The notes beneath the pieces were generated by a model that was not told where the DNA came from, searched no databases, and saw only the letters and a program-made list of their open reading frames with translations. From the NCBI GenBank assembly GCA_963759805.1, contig CAVXAT010000001.1:192001-256000 (forward strand): a stretch of DNA of 64,000 bases, in the 5' to 3' direction. Both the position numbers and the translations under genes were made by a program. This document shows, piece after piece, positions 50,401-57,576 of this stretch. The stretch is from an uncultured bacterium. Its GTDB lineage: Bacteria > Babelota > Babeliae > Babelales > RVW-14. Each line of letters opens with the position of its first letter. Within the stretch, counting starts at the first letter, position 1.

Positions 50401-53400
50401 CCAAGCAATTTCAAATTCAATCGTGTTTGGTAACTCAGGCTCAGGATCAAGTTATGACTTGAATGTTCAACTACTTTCAGGGGCAAACGTCTCAATCGAC
50501 GGGATTCTAAATTATGACAACACCCAGGGCTACACAATGTTCAGTAATAACAATGCAAGCTTTGTATTAAAAAACAGCAATTCTGAAATTCATATGACCC
50601 CAAACACTGTTGTCGGATGGCAAGACAGCTCTATAATTTCTAACGTCTCAAACGCCGGCTTAGGTGATTACAATTTAATCTCCGATGTGAGTCCAAAAAA
50701 TGCCCAAATTCCAACTAATCTAATAAATTACTCCGGTGTGCCAAATACTTTGGTAGGTTCGAACTGGAACATCCCTGCAAACACAATCGTTCACGTCAGT
50801 AACAATGCAGTGCTTGATGGTAACGGTAACACAATAAGTATTGGTGCCAATTCTGAAATCTTTGTAGATGACACAATAACGTTGACATTGCGTAACGTTG
50901 TAATCAGTAATAATCAGAATTTTGCAAATAATCCGCCGATAGAGCTTGCGACAAGCAGAAGCAAACTTGTTCTTGATAATGCAAGACTGAACTTTGTAAA
51001 TGATTTTTACTTCAACCAGGGCGAACTGTTTTGTTACAACGATGTTAACTTTACGGGAACAAGTTCATTTATTTATCGTTCAACTGTTCCAAGTCAAATC
51101 ATGTCAGGAGCAAATCTTAAATTTAATCCAAAAACTACCTTTTACTTTGAACCTTCCACGAGCGGTACGACCGGACTTTTGGCAAAAGATCTTTTAATGA
51201 TGGGTGATGCGACAAGCAAGATTACACTGGACGGAGCATCGTTGAAAACAACGCTGACCGGCATGCGTCTGACTCAAGGACAGTTGCTGCTTGGTAACAA
51301 TGTTACGATGACAAGTGCAACATCATTCAGGGCCACGGGCACAAATGCCATTCTTACCCTTGGTACCGGTATCGCCAATGCATTCAGAGAAATTGATAAG
51401 TTACAGTGGAGTCCTGACGGAAGAAAACTGGCGGTGGCCGGTCAGACGAGGGAAAAATTACTAGTACAACCAAGTAGCTTATCCGTGTATCTCTTCTCCG
51501 GAACAACGACGTCAACGCTAGCAACTGTCAGCTTTTCAGTGACGGCATCAAGTGTTTCATGGAGTCCTGATGGGCAGTATCTGGCGGCGGGTGGAAAAGT
51601 AAGCATACCGTTATCTTTAACGGTATCAACATCGAACCTACAAATTTACTCTGCTGCTAATAACTTTTCTTCACCGGTAGTGCAGACAAATCTTGGAACG
51701 ACTCGAGCCTCATACACAGGTCCGGTAAACTGGAGTCCTGATGGGCGCTATCTGGCAGTTGGTGGTAATGGGCATGGATTGACGATTTACCAGTTCAATG
51801 GAACTACCCTGAATCAAGTTTCGGCTACGTCTTCAACAGGCCCAGAAGTTTTAGGAATCTCTTGGCATCCAAGTGGAAAATATATTGCTGTTGCAACAAA
51901 TTTCACGGCAGGTGCAGCTGGTGGCATAACGATTTATCCTATTAATAATGGGGTATTGACCACATCTGGTTTACCTTCATCATTTACAAGAACTTATGGA
52001 TCCGCTGGATCCGGTTGTGGAACAAGTGTTTCATGGAGTCCTGATGGAAACTACTTGGCAACAACCGGTCAGGTTACAGGCTTGGCTGGTGGTCCTGGCG
52101 CGATGTATGTTTATGCATTTAATTTGACAGCCCAGTGGACGATGCAAGTCTCAGCGTTACCGTTTGGAACAAGTGCAAGAACGATAAAATGGAGCTCGGA
52201 TGGAAGATTTTTACTTGTGGGTGGTAACGATACTGCATCAAGAGATCTGGTACTCTACATAGAATTTCCGTCATTAACTTTAATAAATATAGTATCTTTT
52301 GGTACGTATATTTATAGCACTGATGTACATCCAAATGGTCTTTATCTGGCAGTCGGTGGTTATACGACCAACCCTTCGAAACCTTATTACACACTTAATA
52401 TTGCAAGTATTGCCTATGGCCAAGAGACGACGCCTCAGGCGATCTCTAACTCAATTGTCTTTGGTAACTCGGCGGCAGGATCAGCATCAGATTTAAGCGT
52501 TCAACTACTTTCCGGTGCAAACGTCTCAGTCGACGGAATAATTAATTATGACAACACCATGGGTTACACAATGTTCAGTAATAACAATGCAAGCTTTGTA
52601 TTAAAAAACAGCAACTCTGAAATTCGCATGCATCCTAATACCGTTATTGGATGGAATGATAGATCCCTTATCAAGAATACAGTTGGAGGTGGGCTTGGTG
52701 ATTATAATCTGGTCTCGTATGCGCCTACTCTGAATAATAATATTGTGAATTATGCAGCAGCTCCTGCCGAACTTGTTTATGATAATAGTAATGCAGTAGT
52801 GGGACTGACGGTAACTGCAAGAACAAATAGTAATGCATTAGTTTATCTGAGAAGAACTACCAGCAATTCAGAAGCATATCTAAGCAGAATGAGCAGCAAC
52901 TCTATTGCATATCTGAGTAGGACGAGTAGTAATTCAATAGCTTATCTGAGTAGAATGACAAGTAATTCGATAGCATGGCTAAGTGGCGTGGAGCGAGGGA
53001 ACAGTAACTTGCTCAGAGTAACGAGTAATGGATTAGTTTATTTGCGAAGGACGACCAGTAATTCAGAAGCATATTTAAGCAGAATGAGCAGTAACTCTAT
53101 TGCATATTTGAGTAGAACGACAAGTAATTCAATAGCTTATCTGAGTAGAATGACAAGTAACTCAATAGCATGGCTCAGCGGTGTGGAGCGAGGGAACAGT
53201 AACTTTCTCAGAATAACAAGTAATGCATTAGTTTATCTAAACAGAACAACAAGTAATTCGATGGCATATTTAAGCAGAATGAGCAGCAACTCGATAGCAT
53301 ATTTAAGTAGGACGAGTAGTAATTCAATAGCTTATCTGAGTAGAATGACAAGTAACTCGATAGCATGGCTAAGTGGCGTGGAGCGAGGGAACAGTAACTT

Positions 53401-56152
53401 TCTCAGAGTAACAAGTAATGCATTAGTTTATCTGAGAAGAACTACCAGTAATTCAGAAGCATATTTAAGCAGAATGAGTAGCAACTCGATAGCATATCTG
53501 AGTAGGACGAGTAGTAATTCAATAGCTTATCTGAGTAGAATGACAAGTAACTCAATAGCATGGCTCAGTGGTGTGGAGCGAGGGAATAGCAACTTGCTCA
53601 GAGTAACGAGTAATGGATTAGTTTATTTGCGAAGGACGACCAGTAATTCAGAAGCATATTTAAGCAGAATGAGCAGTAACTCTATTGCATATTTGAGTAG
53701 GACGAGTAGTAATTCAATAGCTTATCTGAGTAGAATGACAAGTAACTCAATAGCATGGCTCAGCGGTGTGGAGCGAGGAAACAGTAACTTGCTCAGAGTA
53801 ACAAGCAATGCATTAGTTTATCTAAACAGAACAACAAGCAATTCCATGGCATATCTAAGCAGAATGAGCAGCAACTCTATTGCATATTTAAGTAGGACGA
53901 GTAGTAATTCAATAGCTTATTTGAGTAGAATGACAAGTAACTCAATAGCATGGCTGAGTGGAGTCGAACGAGGTAACAGTAACTTGCTCAGAGTAACAAG
54001 CAATGCATTAGTTTATTTACGAAGAACGACAAGTAATTCAGAAGCATATTTAAGCAGAATGAGCAGCAACTCGATAGCATATTTAAGTAGGACGAGTAGT
54101 AATTCAATAGCTTATCTGAGTAGAATGACAAGTAACTCGGTAGCATGGCTCAGCACAAGAGTCAGAACAGATAGTAACGCTTTCTTATATGGCATCAAGA
54201 ATAGCAGTAACTGGATTAACCAATGGGCAACTACTGTTAAGCAGACAAGTAACACTGCAAACTATTTGAGTATGAGAGTTAGAACCGACAGTAATGCGTT
54301 GCTGGCTTTGAATCGTACAACATCGAATGCACTTCTGTTTAGCAATCGAAACAACAGCAACGCAATAATCAAGCTTTGCGTAATCGAGAGAACAAGCTCA
54401 AATGCATTTGCTTACGGAATTAAAAACAACAGTAACTGGATTAACCAGTGGGCAACTACCGTTAAACAGACAAGTAACTCCATGAAATATTGGGCGCCTG
54501 TTGTTAAAGCTAACAGTAACTGGATTAACCAATGGGCAACTACTGTTAAGCAGACAAGTAACACTGCAAACTATTTGAGTATGAGAGTTAGAACCGACAG
54601 TAATGCGTTGCTGGCTTTGAATCGTACAACATCGAATGCACTTCTGTTTAGCAATCGAAACAACTCGAATGCAATCATTAAACTTGGTGTGACTGAGAGA
54701 ACGAACTCCAACGCGTTTGCTTACGGAATCAAGAACAACAGTAACGCTATTATAAAACTGGGTCAGGCAGGAGGCGTTCTGTCTGTTAATAATAGTAATG
54801 CTATCATCAAGCTCGATAGTACCTCCAGAACTAACAGTAATGCATTTGCGTATGAAATTAAGAACAACAGTAACGCTATTATAAAACTGGGTCAGGCAGG
54901 AGGCGCTCTGTCTGTTAATAATAGTAATGCTATCGTCAAGCTCGATAGTACCTCCAGAACTAACAGTAATGCATTTGCGTACGAAATTAAGAACAACAGT
55001 AACGCAATCATAAAACTCAACCAAGGTGGTTCAGTTGCACTGGCAGTCCAAAACAGCAATGCAATCGTATCTTGGATTAAAGGCACAAGTAATGCCGTCA
55101 TTAAGTTAAGCGGTACGGCTCCTGCAGTTCTACCAATTAATAACAGTAATGCAATTATAAAACTTAACGCATCAATGCAAACCATAGATCACGGCCCAAG
55201 CGCCATTCAAATTAGCACCCCTACATACACTATGGCATATGACATTTATCTAAGCGCAGATCATACATTAAATATCGCAAACAGTTGTGTGTTTGATGGC
55301 AACGGACACATGATAAATTTTGCAAAAGATAGTCCAAATATTTTCACAACAGGGTTAGGTAGCACAGTAGTTCTTAACAATGTTGTTCTAAAGAACTTTG
55401 ATGACTCATCAGTGCAACTGGGAGTCGGTGCTACATTAACATTTGGTGACGGTTGCAGAATTGATCTTGCAGATGAACAGGCAATGTCAATGCCATGGAT
55501 ATTCAGTGGGAATTCTGCAATCAATGGTTATGGCAACCCTCTTGATCTTGGTACGCAAAGCATCCAAATTATGCAAAGTGGAGCTTTGACAGTAGAAAAC
55601 ATTATCCTGAGTGGTCTTGTAGGTAACAATGTACGATGCTTAGGTCCAAACGCAAATATTACATTCAAAAATGACACATTACAAACTACAGGCGATTACA
55701 GCTTTACGGCTGGGGCTCTGATATTCCAAGATGAAGTTGAAATCAAGTCTAATAATGAGCTTTCACTTTCAAATGCATTTATTTACGCGTCTGATCAAAC
55801 ATCAACAATAAACAGTTACTCAAGATTGAAATTGGATTATGGCGTGCTTTTCTATTATGGACCAAGTGTTGTGCGTAGAGATTTAATTGCGATGCAAGAT
55901 GTTTCTTCAGAGTTATATTTGAATGGATGCGCATTAGCAACATCATCAGTCGGAATGCGTTTAACAAAAGGAACATTGACCGTTGACAGCGACAACATTT
56001 TAATCGACGTTTTATTTGGAACACCAACAAGTCTTGCTCAAAGTATCTGTTTTGGTGATGGAGTTGCAGCTGATGACTTGGCAATAAACATACTCCCAGG
56101 CGGGCAATTGAATGTAACCAACGGAATACTTGATTATCAGAACGTGAATTAA
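44498..56152 (+). CDS. giant (3884 aa) secreted repetitive protein: 4x(solenoid+propeller), SN-rich stalk, C-terminal solenoid; putative adhesin
   Basis: Signal peptide; four modules each closed by SNSIVFGNS...YDN; SN repeats ~52780-55170. Confidence 0.85.
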   Translation: MELGFKRILAVVAVIGVFLLNPMFATVSFDNINSQFILKNSNSEIRLNPAAVLGWQDSSIIANVVNAGLGDYNLLLDAKNIGNSTYPSSGNIINYPGVPNTLIGSNWNIQPNIIIHVTANAVLDGNGNTINLGANSEIFVDDTVTLTLRNVVIDNTENFAGNPPIKLATSRSKVVFDNARLNLSNDFYFDRGQIFFYNDVNVTGTSAIIYRSASPSYIMSGANLKFNSGTTLAFAPSTTGASGILAKDLFVMGDATSKLTLDGASFKTTLTGMRLTKGQLLLGNKITMTSVASLRATGTSSVFTLPSYNGAPLARAFSEIDTLQWSPDGRMLAAAGHTREKPQAQNVAVYLFSGSTTTTLAATAFSVTSSGVSWSPDGQYLAAGGKVFVPTSLGLSVSTSNVQVYSIVNNTLSTVAQTNLGTTLASYAGPVSWSPGGHYLAVGGNMRGLTIYQFNGTTLNQISTATSGSANTNEVLGIAWHPSGKYVAVATNFVQGGSGAAGSVTIYQVNNGVLVASAFAARSYGIAGSGGYATSVSWSPDGNFLAATGATSVSAGVINVYTFTPATSALTVAATSPFGTIARVVKWSPDGRFLLVGGNNGTADLTLYLEFTGSGLGIIQTISYGKSIYTSDLSPNGLYLALGGVSPTAVGPTDGELEIGIVAYGQETTLQAVSNSIVFGNSGSGSSYDLNLQLLSGANVSVDGIVNYDNVNSTSIFSNNNASFVLKNSNSEIKLRPATVLGWQDSSIIANVVNAGLGDYNLLLDAKNIGNSTYLSSGNIINYPGVPNTLIGSNWNIQQNTIIHVTANAVLDGNNNTINLGANSQIFVDDTVTLTLRNVMISNNQNFANNPPIKLATSRSKLVLDNARLNFVNDFYFNQGELFCYNDVNFTGTSSFIYRSTVPSQIMSGANLKFNPKTTFYFEPATSGVTGLLAKDLLMMGDATSKLTLDGATLKTTLTGMRLTQGQLLLSNNVTMTSATSFRATGTNAVLTLGTGIANAFSEIDNLQWSPDGRKLAVAGQTRAVTYSAGVSGNLAVYLFSGTTTSTLSTVDFSVTASGVSWSPDGQYLAAGGKVYLPASLGLSVSTSNLQIYSAANNFSSPVVQTNLGTTRASYTGPVSWSPDGRYLAVGGNMRNLTIYQFNGSALSQVSATTGVSEVLGISWHPSGKYIAIATNSATANSIAVYSVANGVLGGSPLSTKNYTAGYGTSVAWSPDGNYLATTGLVSSVGTMYVYSVNSAATTLTQISVLSFGTSARTVKWSSDGRFLLVGGNDTASRDLILYIEFPSLTFIQTISFGTYIYSTDVHPNGLYLAAGGYTTAPSTPYYTLNIASIAYGQETTPQAISNSIVFGNSAAGSVSDLSVQLLSGANVSVDGILNYDNTLGYTMFSNDNARFVLKNSASEIRMTPNTVVGWKNSSLIDSVAGIGQGDYNLLADDANFDKILPFQGIPNTLTSLGWNVPANTIIHIDSNTVINGNGNTINLGNNSELFVDDNVTLTLRNVIISNAENFVGNPAIKLASNRSQLVLDNSTLNIVGDFYFDRGQLFAYNDVNINGTSAFIYRSTKPSYIKSGANLKFNPGTTFSFAPSTTGMLGLLAKDLLIMSDASSKITLNGATLKTTYTGLRLTTGQLLLDNKVSMTSAAVLGITSFYSNIVSSPSYNGFIWSVAWSPDGRYVACGGGTTDKVNVYQFTGTSLTQVAQSASYGNTIYSVAWSPDGRYVACGGANTNTVNVYQFTGTSLTQVAQSASYVNTIISVAWSPDGRYVACGGGTNTVNVYQFTGTNLTQVAQSASYGGSISSVAWSPDGRYVACGGGTNTVNVYQFTGTNLTQVAQSASYGGIIQSVAWSLDGRYVACGGGTTNKINVYQFTGTSLTQVAQSASYGGGIISVAWSLDGRYVACGGGTTNKINVYQFTGTSLTQVAQSVTYNGQIESLAWSLDGRYVACGGQNTNTVNVYQPHYQAIATPQAISNSIVFGNSGSGSSYDLNVQLLSGANVSIDGILNYDNTQGYTMFSNNNASFVLKNSNSEIHMTPNTVVGWQDSSIISNVSNAGLGDYNLISDVSPKNAQIPTNLINYSGVPNTLVGSNWNIPANTIVHVSNNAVLDGNGNTISIGANSEIFVDDTITLTLRNVVISNNQNFANNPPIELATSRSKLVLDNARLNFVNDFYFNQGELFCYNDVNFTGTSSFIYRSTVPSQIMSGANLKFNPKTTFYFEPSTSGTTGLLAKDLLMMGDATSKITLDGASLKTTLTGMRLTQGQLLLGNNVTMTSATSFRATGTNAILTLGTGIANAFREIDKLQWSPDGRKLAVAGQTREKLLVQPSSLSVYLFSGTTTSTLATVSFSVTASSVSWSPDGQYLAAGGKVSIPLSLTVSTSNLQIYSAANNFSSPVVQTNLGTTRASYTGPVNWSPDGRYLAVGGNGHGLTIYQFNGTTLNQVSATSSTGPEVLGISWHPSGKYIAVATNFTAGAAGGITIYPINNGVLTTSGLPSSFTRTYGSAGSGCGTSVSWSPDGNYLATTGQVTGLAGGPGAMYVYAFNLTAQWTMQVSALPFGTSARTIKWSSDGRFLLVGGNDTASRDLVLYIEFPSLTLINIVSFGTYIYSTDVHPNGLYLAVGGYTTNPSKPYYTLNIASIAYGQETTPQAISNSIVFGNSAAGSASDLSVQLLSGANVSVDGIINYDNTMGYTMFSNNNASFVLKNSNSEIRMHPNTVIGWNDRSLIKNTVGGGLGDYNLVSYAPTLNNNIVNYAAAPAELVYDNSNAVVGLTVTARTNSNALVYLRRTTSNSEAYLSRMSSNSIAYLSRTSSNSIAYLSRMTSNSIAWLSGVERGNSNLLRVTSNGLVYLRRTTSNSEAYLSRMSSNSIAYLSRTTSNSIAYLSRMTSNSIAWLSGVERGNSNFLRITSNALVYLNRTTSNSMAYLSRMSSNSIAYLSRTSSNSIAYLSRMTSNSIAWLSGVERGNSNFLRVTSNALVYLRRTTSNSEAYLSRMSSNSIAYLSRTSSNSIAYLSRMTSNSIAWLSGVERGNSNLLRVTSNGLVYLRRTTSNSEAYLSRMSSNSIAYLSRTSSNSIAYLSRMTSNSIAWLSGVERGNSNLLRVTSNALVYLNRTTSNSMAYLSRMSSNSIAYLSRTSSNSIAYLSRMTSNSIAWLSGVERGNSNLLRVTSNALVYLRRTTSNSEAYLSRMSSNSIAYLSRTSSNSIAYLSRMTSNSVAWLSTRVRTDSNAFLYGIKNSSNWINQWATTVKQTSNTANYLSMRVRTDSNALLALNRTTSNALLFSNRNNSNAIIKLCVIERTSSNAFAYGIKNNSNWINQWATTVKQTSNSMKYWAPVVKANSNWINQWATTVKQTSNTANYLSMRVRTDSNALLALNRTTSNALLFSNRNNSNAIIKLGVTERTNSNAFAYGIKNNSNAIIKLGQAGGVLSVNNSNAIIKLDSTSRTNSNAFAYEIKNNSNAIIKLGQAGGALSVNNSNAIVKLDSTSRTNSNAFAYEIKNNSNAIIKLNQGGSVALAVQNSNAIVSWIKGTSNAVIKLSGTAPAVLPINNSNAIIKLNASMQTIDHGPSAIQISTPTYTMAYDIYLSADHTLNIANSCVFDGNGHMINFAKDSPNIFTTGLGSTVVLNNVVLKNFDDSSVQLGVGATLTFGDGCRIDLADEQAMSMPWIFSGNSAINGYGNPLDLGTQSIQIMQSGALTVENIILSGLVGNNVRCLGPNANITFKNDTLQTTGDYSFTAGALIFQDEVEIKSNNELSLSNAFIYASDQTSTINSYSRLKLDYGVLFYYGPSVVRRDLIAMQDVSSELYLNGCALATSSVGMRLTKGTLTVDSDNILIDVLFGTPTSLAQSICFGDGVAADDLAINILPGGQLNVTNGILDYQNVN
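49470..50375 (+). repeat. seven near-identical 120-123 bp WD40 blade repeats
   Basis: SVAWS(P/L)DGRYVACGG...NVYQFTGT(S/N)LTQVAQSASY. Confidence 0.92.
52841..54150 (+). repeat. 195-bp (65-aa) tandem repeat, six full units plus one partial, built mostly from 33-bp subunits
   Basis: Units start at 52841, 53036, 53231, 53426, 53621, 53816, 54011. Confidence 0.92.
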
Positions 56153-56175
56153 CAACACGTAAGTTAACGATGACG

Positions 56176-56203
56176 AGCAGTGCCCGCAAAAGCGGGCACT
56201 GCT
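56176..56203 (+). terminator. strong hairpin after the giant gene (terminator-like)
   Basis: Perfect 12-bp stem AGCAGTGCCCGC-AAAA-GCGGGCACTGCT; weak U-tract. Confidence 0.55.
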
Positions 56204-56370
56204 TAAGTGATCAGTGCGGGCGGTGATACGAGTTTTGTTGTGTTTAAGCATTAAAAAATGTCGGGGGACTAATTTTATCATTTTAATTGATTTTTCTACT
56301 GATTCCTTGTAATCTCAAGCTTAGCCCTCGAATTTTCAAGAAGTCCTGTTCATTTTCAAGGAGATATATT

Positions 56371-57519
56371 GTGTTTAAAAGAGATCAGTATCTACAAAAA
56401 ATCGAACAAAATTTCCGAGTTCACTCAGTTTGTGCCATCTTAGGCCCGCGTCAAGTTGGAAAGACAACACTTGCGCGAACATTTGTTGAAGAAAAGTTGA
56501 ATGGGGTTGCGCGCTTTTTTGATCTTGAAAGCCCCTTTGACCTGAGTCGCCTTGATAATCCCATGCTTGCACTTTCAGCCGAACCAGAGAAACTTATCGT
56601 TATTGACGAAATTCAGATGCGACCAGAACTTTTTCCCGTTATTCGGGTCTTGGTTGATGATCCAAAGTATAAACATAAACTTCTCATATTGGGTAGCGCA
56701 TCGCGCGATTTAATTAGACAATCATCCGAGACGCTTGCAGGCCGGATTGGCTACATTGAATTGCCCCCCTTTTCTTTAAGCGAAACAAAAAATACCTTGC
56801 AACTTTGGTTACGGGGTGGCTTTCCGCTTTCTTATTTAGCCCAAACAGAGGCTGATAGCTTTTTTTGGCGTCAAAATTATATAAAAACTTTTCTTGAACG
56901 AGACATTCCCTATCTTGGCTTTAACATTCCACCGCAACAAATACGTCGTTTTTGGCTTATGCTTGCCCATTACCATGGCCAAATATTTAATGCAAGCGAG
57001 ATAGCAAGGTCTTTAGGTGTTTCTGATCAAACTACGCGCAAATATCTCGACATTCTGGTGGGAACATTCATGATCCGAGAGTTGACGCCCTGGTATGAAA
57101 ATATTCAAAAAAGGCAGGTGCGTTCACCCAAAATTTATTTTCGCGATAGTGGGATTTTACACGCATTGCTTAACATCAAAGACGTCACAGAGCTTGACGC
57201 TTACCCTCGGCTAGGGGCCTTCTGGGAGGGCTTTGCTCTTGAAGAGGTCATTAGAATTTACGATGCCGGGCCAGAAGAAGCTTTTTTTTGGGCAACCCAT
57301 GCCGATGCTGAGATAGATTTGTTTATTATCAAACATGGAAAACGGTTAGGCTTCGAATTTAAATATGCCGACGTTCCTCGCGTGACAAAGTCCATGCAAA
57401 TTGCTCTATCAGACCTTAAACTTGACCATATAACAGTTGTGTATCCAGGCAAAGAAACTTTTCCATTGGCGGAAAAAATAACAGCCCAAGGGCTTGAAAC
57501 CTTGGTTGATAAAGTTTAA
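56371..57519 (+). CDS. AAA+ ATPase with DUF4143-type domain
   Basis: AAGGAG RBS before GTG 56371; GPRQVGKT, IDEIQ, ETLAGRI, RGGFP, EIDL...FEFK. Confidence 0.88.
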   Translation: MFKRDQYLQKIEQNFRVHSVCAILGPRQVGKTTLARTFVEEKLNGVARFFDLESPFDLSRLDNPMLALSAEPEKLIVIDEIQMRPELFPVIRVLVDDPKYKHKLLILGSASRDLIRQSSETLAGRIGYIELPPFSLSETKNTLQLWLRGGFPLSYLAQTEADSFFWRQNYIKTFLERDIPYLGFNIPPQQIRRFWLMLAHYHGQIFNASEIARSLGVSDQTTRKYLDILVGTFMIRELTPWYENIQKRQVRSPKIYFRDSGILHALLNIKDVTELDAYPRLGAFWEGFALEEVIRIYDAGPEEAFFWATHADAEIDLFIIKHGKRLGFEFKYADVPRVTKSMQIALSDLKLDHITVVYPGKETFPLAEKITAQGLETLVDKV

Positions 57520-57576
57520 AGGCATTTACTCTGAATCAAACAATTTCGTAACAAATTGATGTTAATTACTATCGAA

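Noticed and set aside
52841..54150. CRISPR array suggested by 33-bp periodicity
   Set aside because: Repeats are contiguous, in-frame coding, vary synonymously and have no unique spacers; no cas genes
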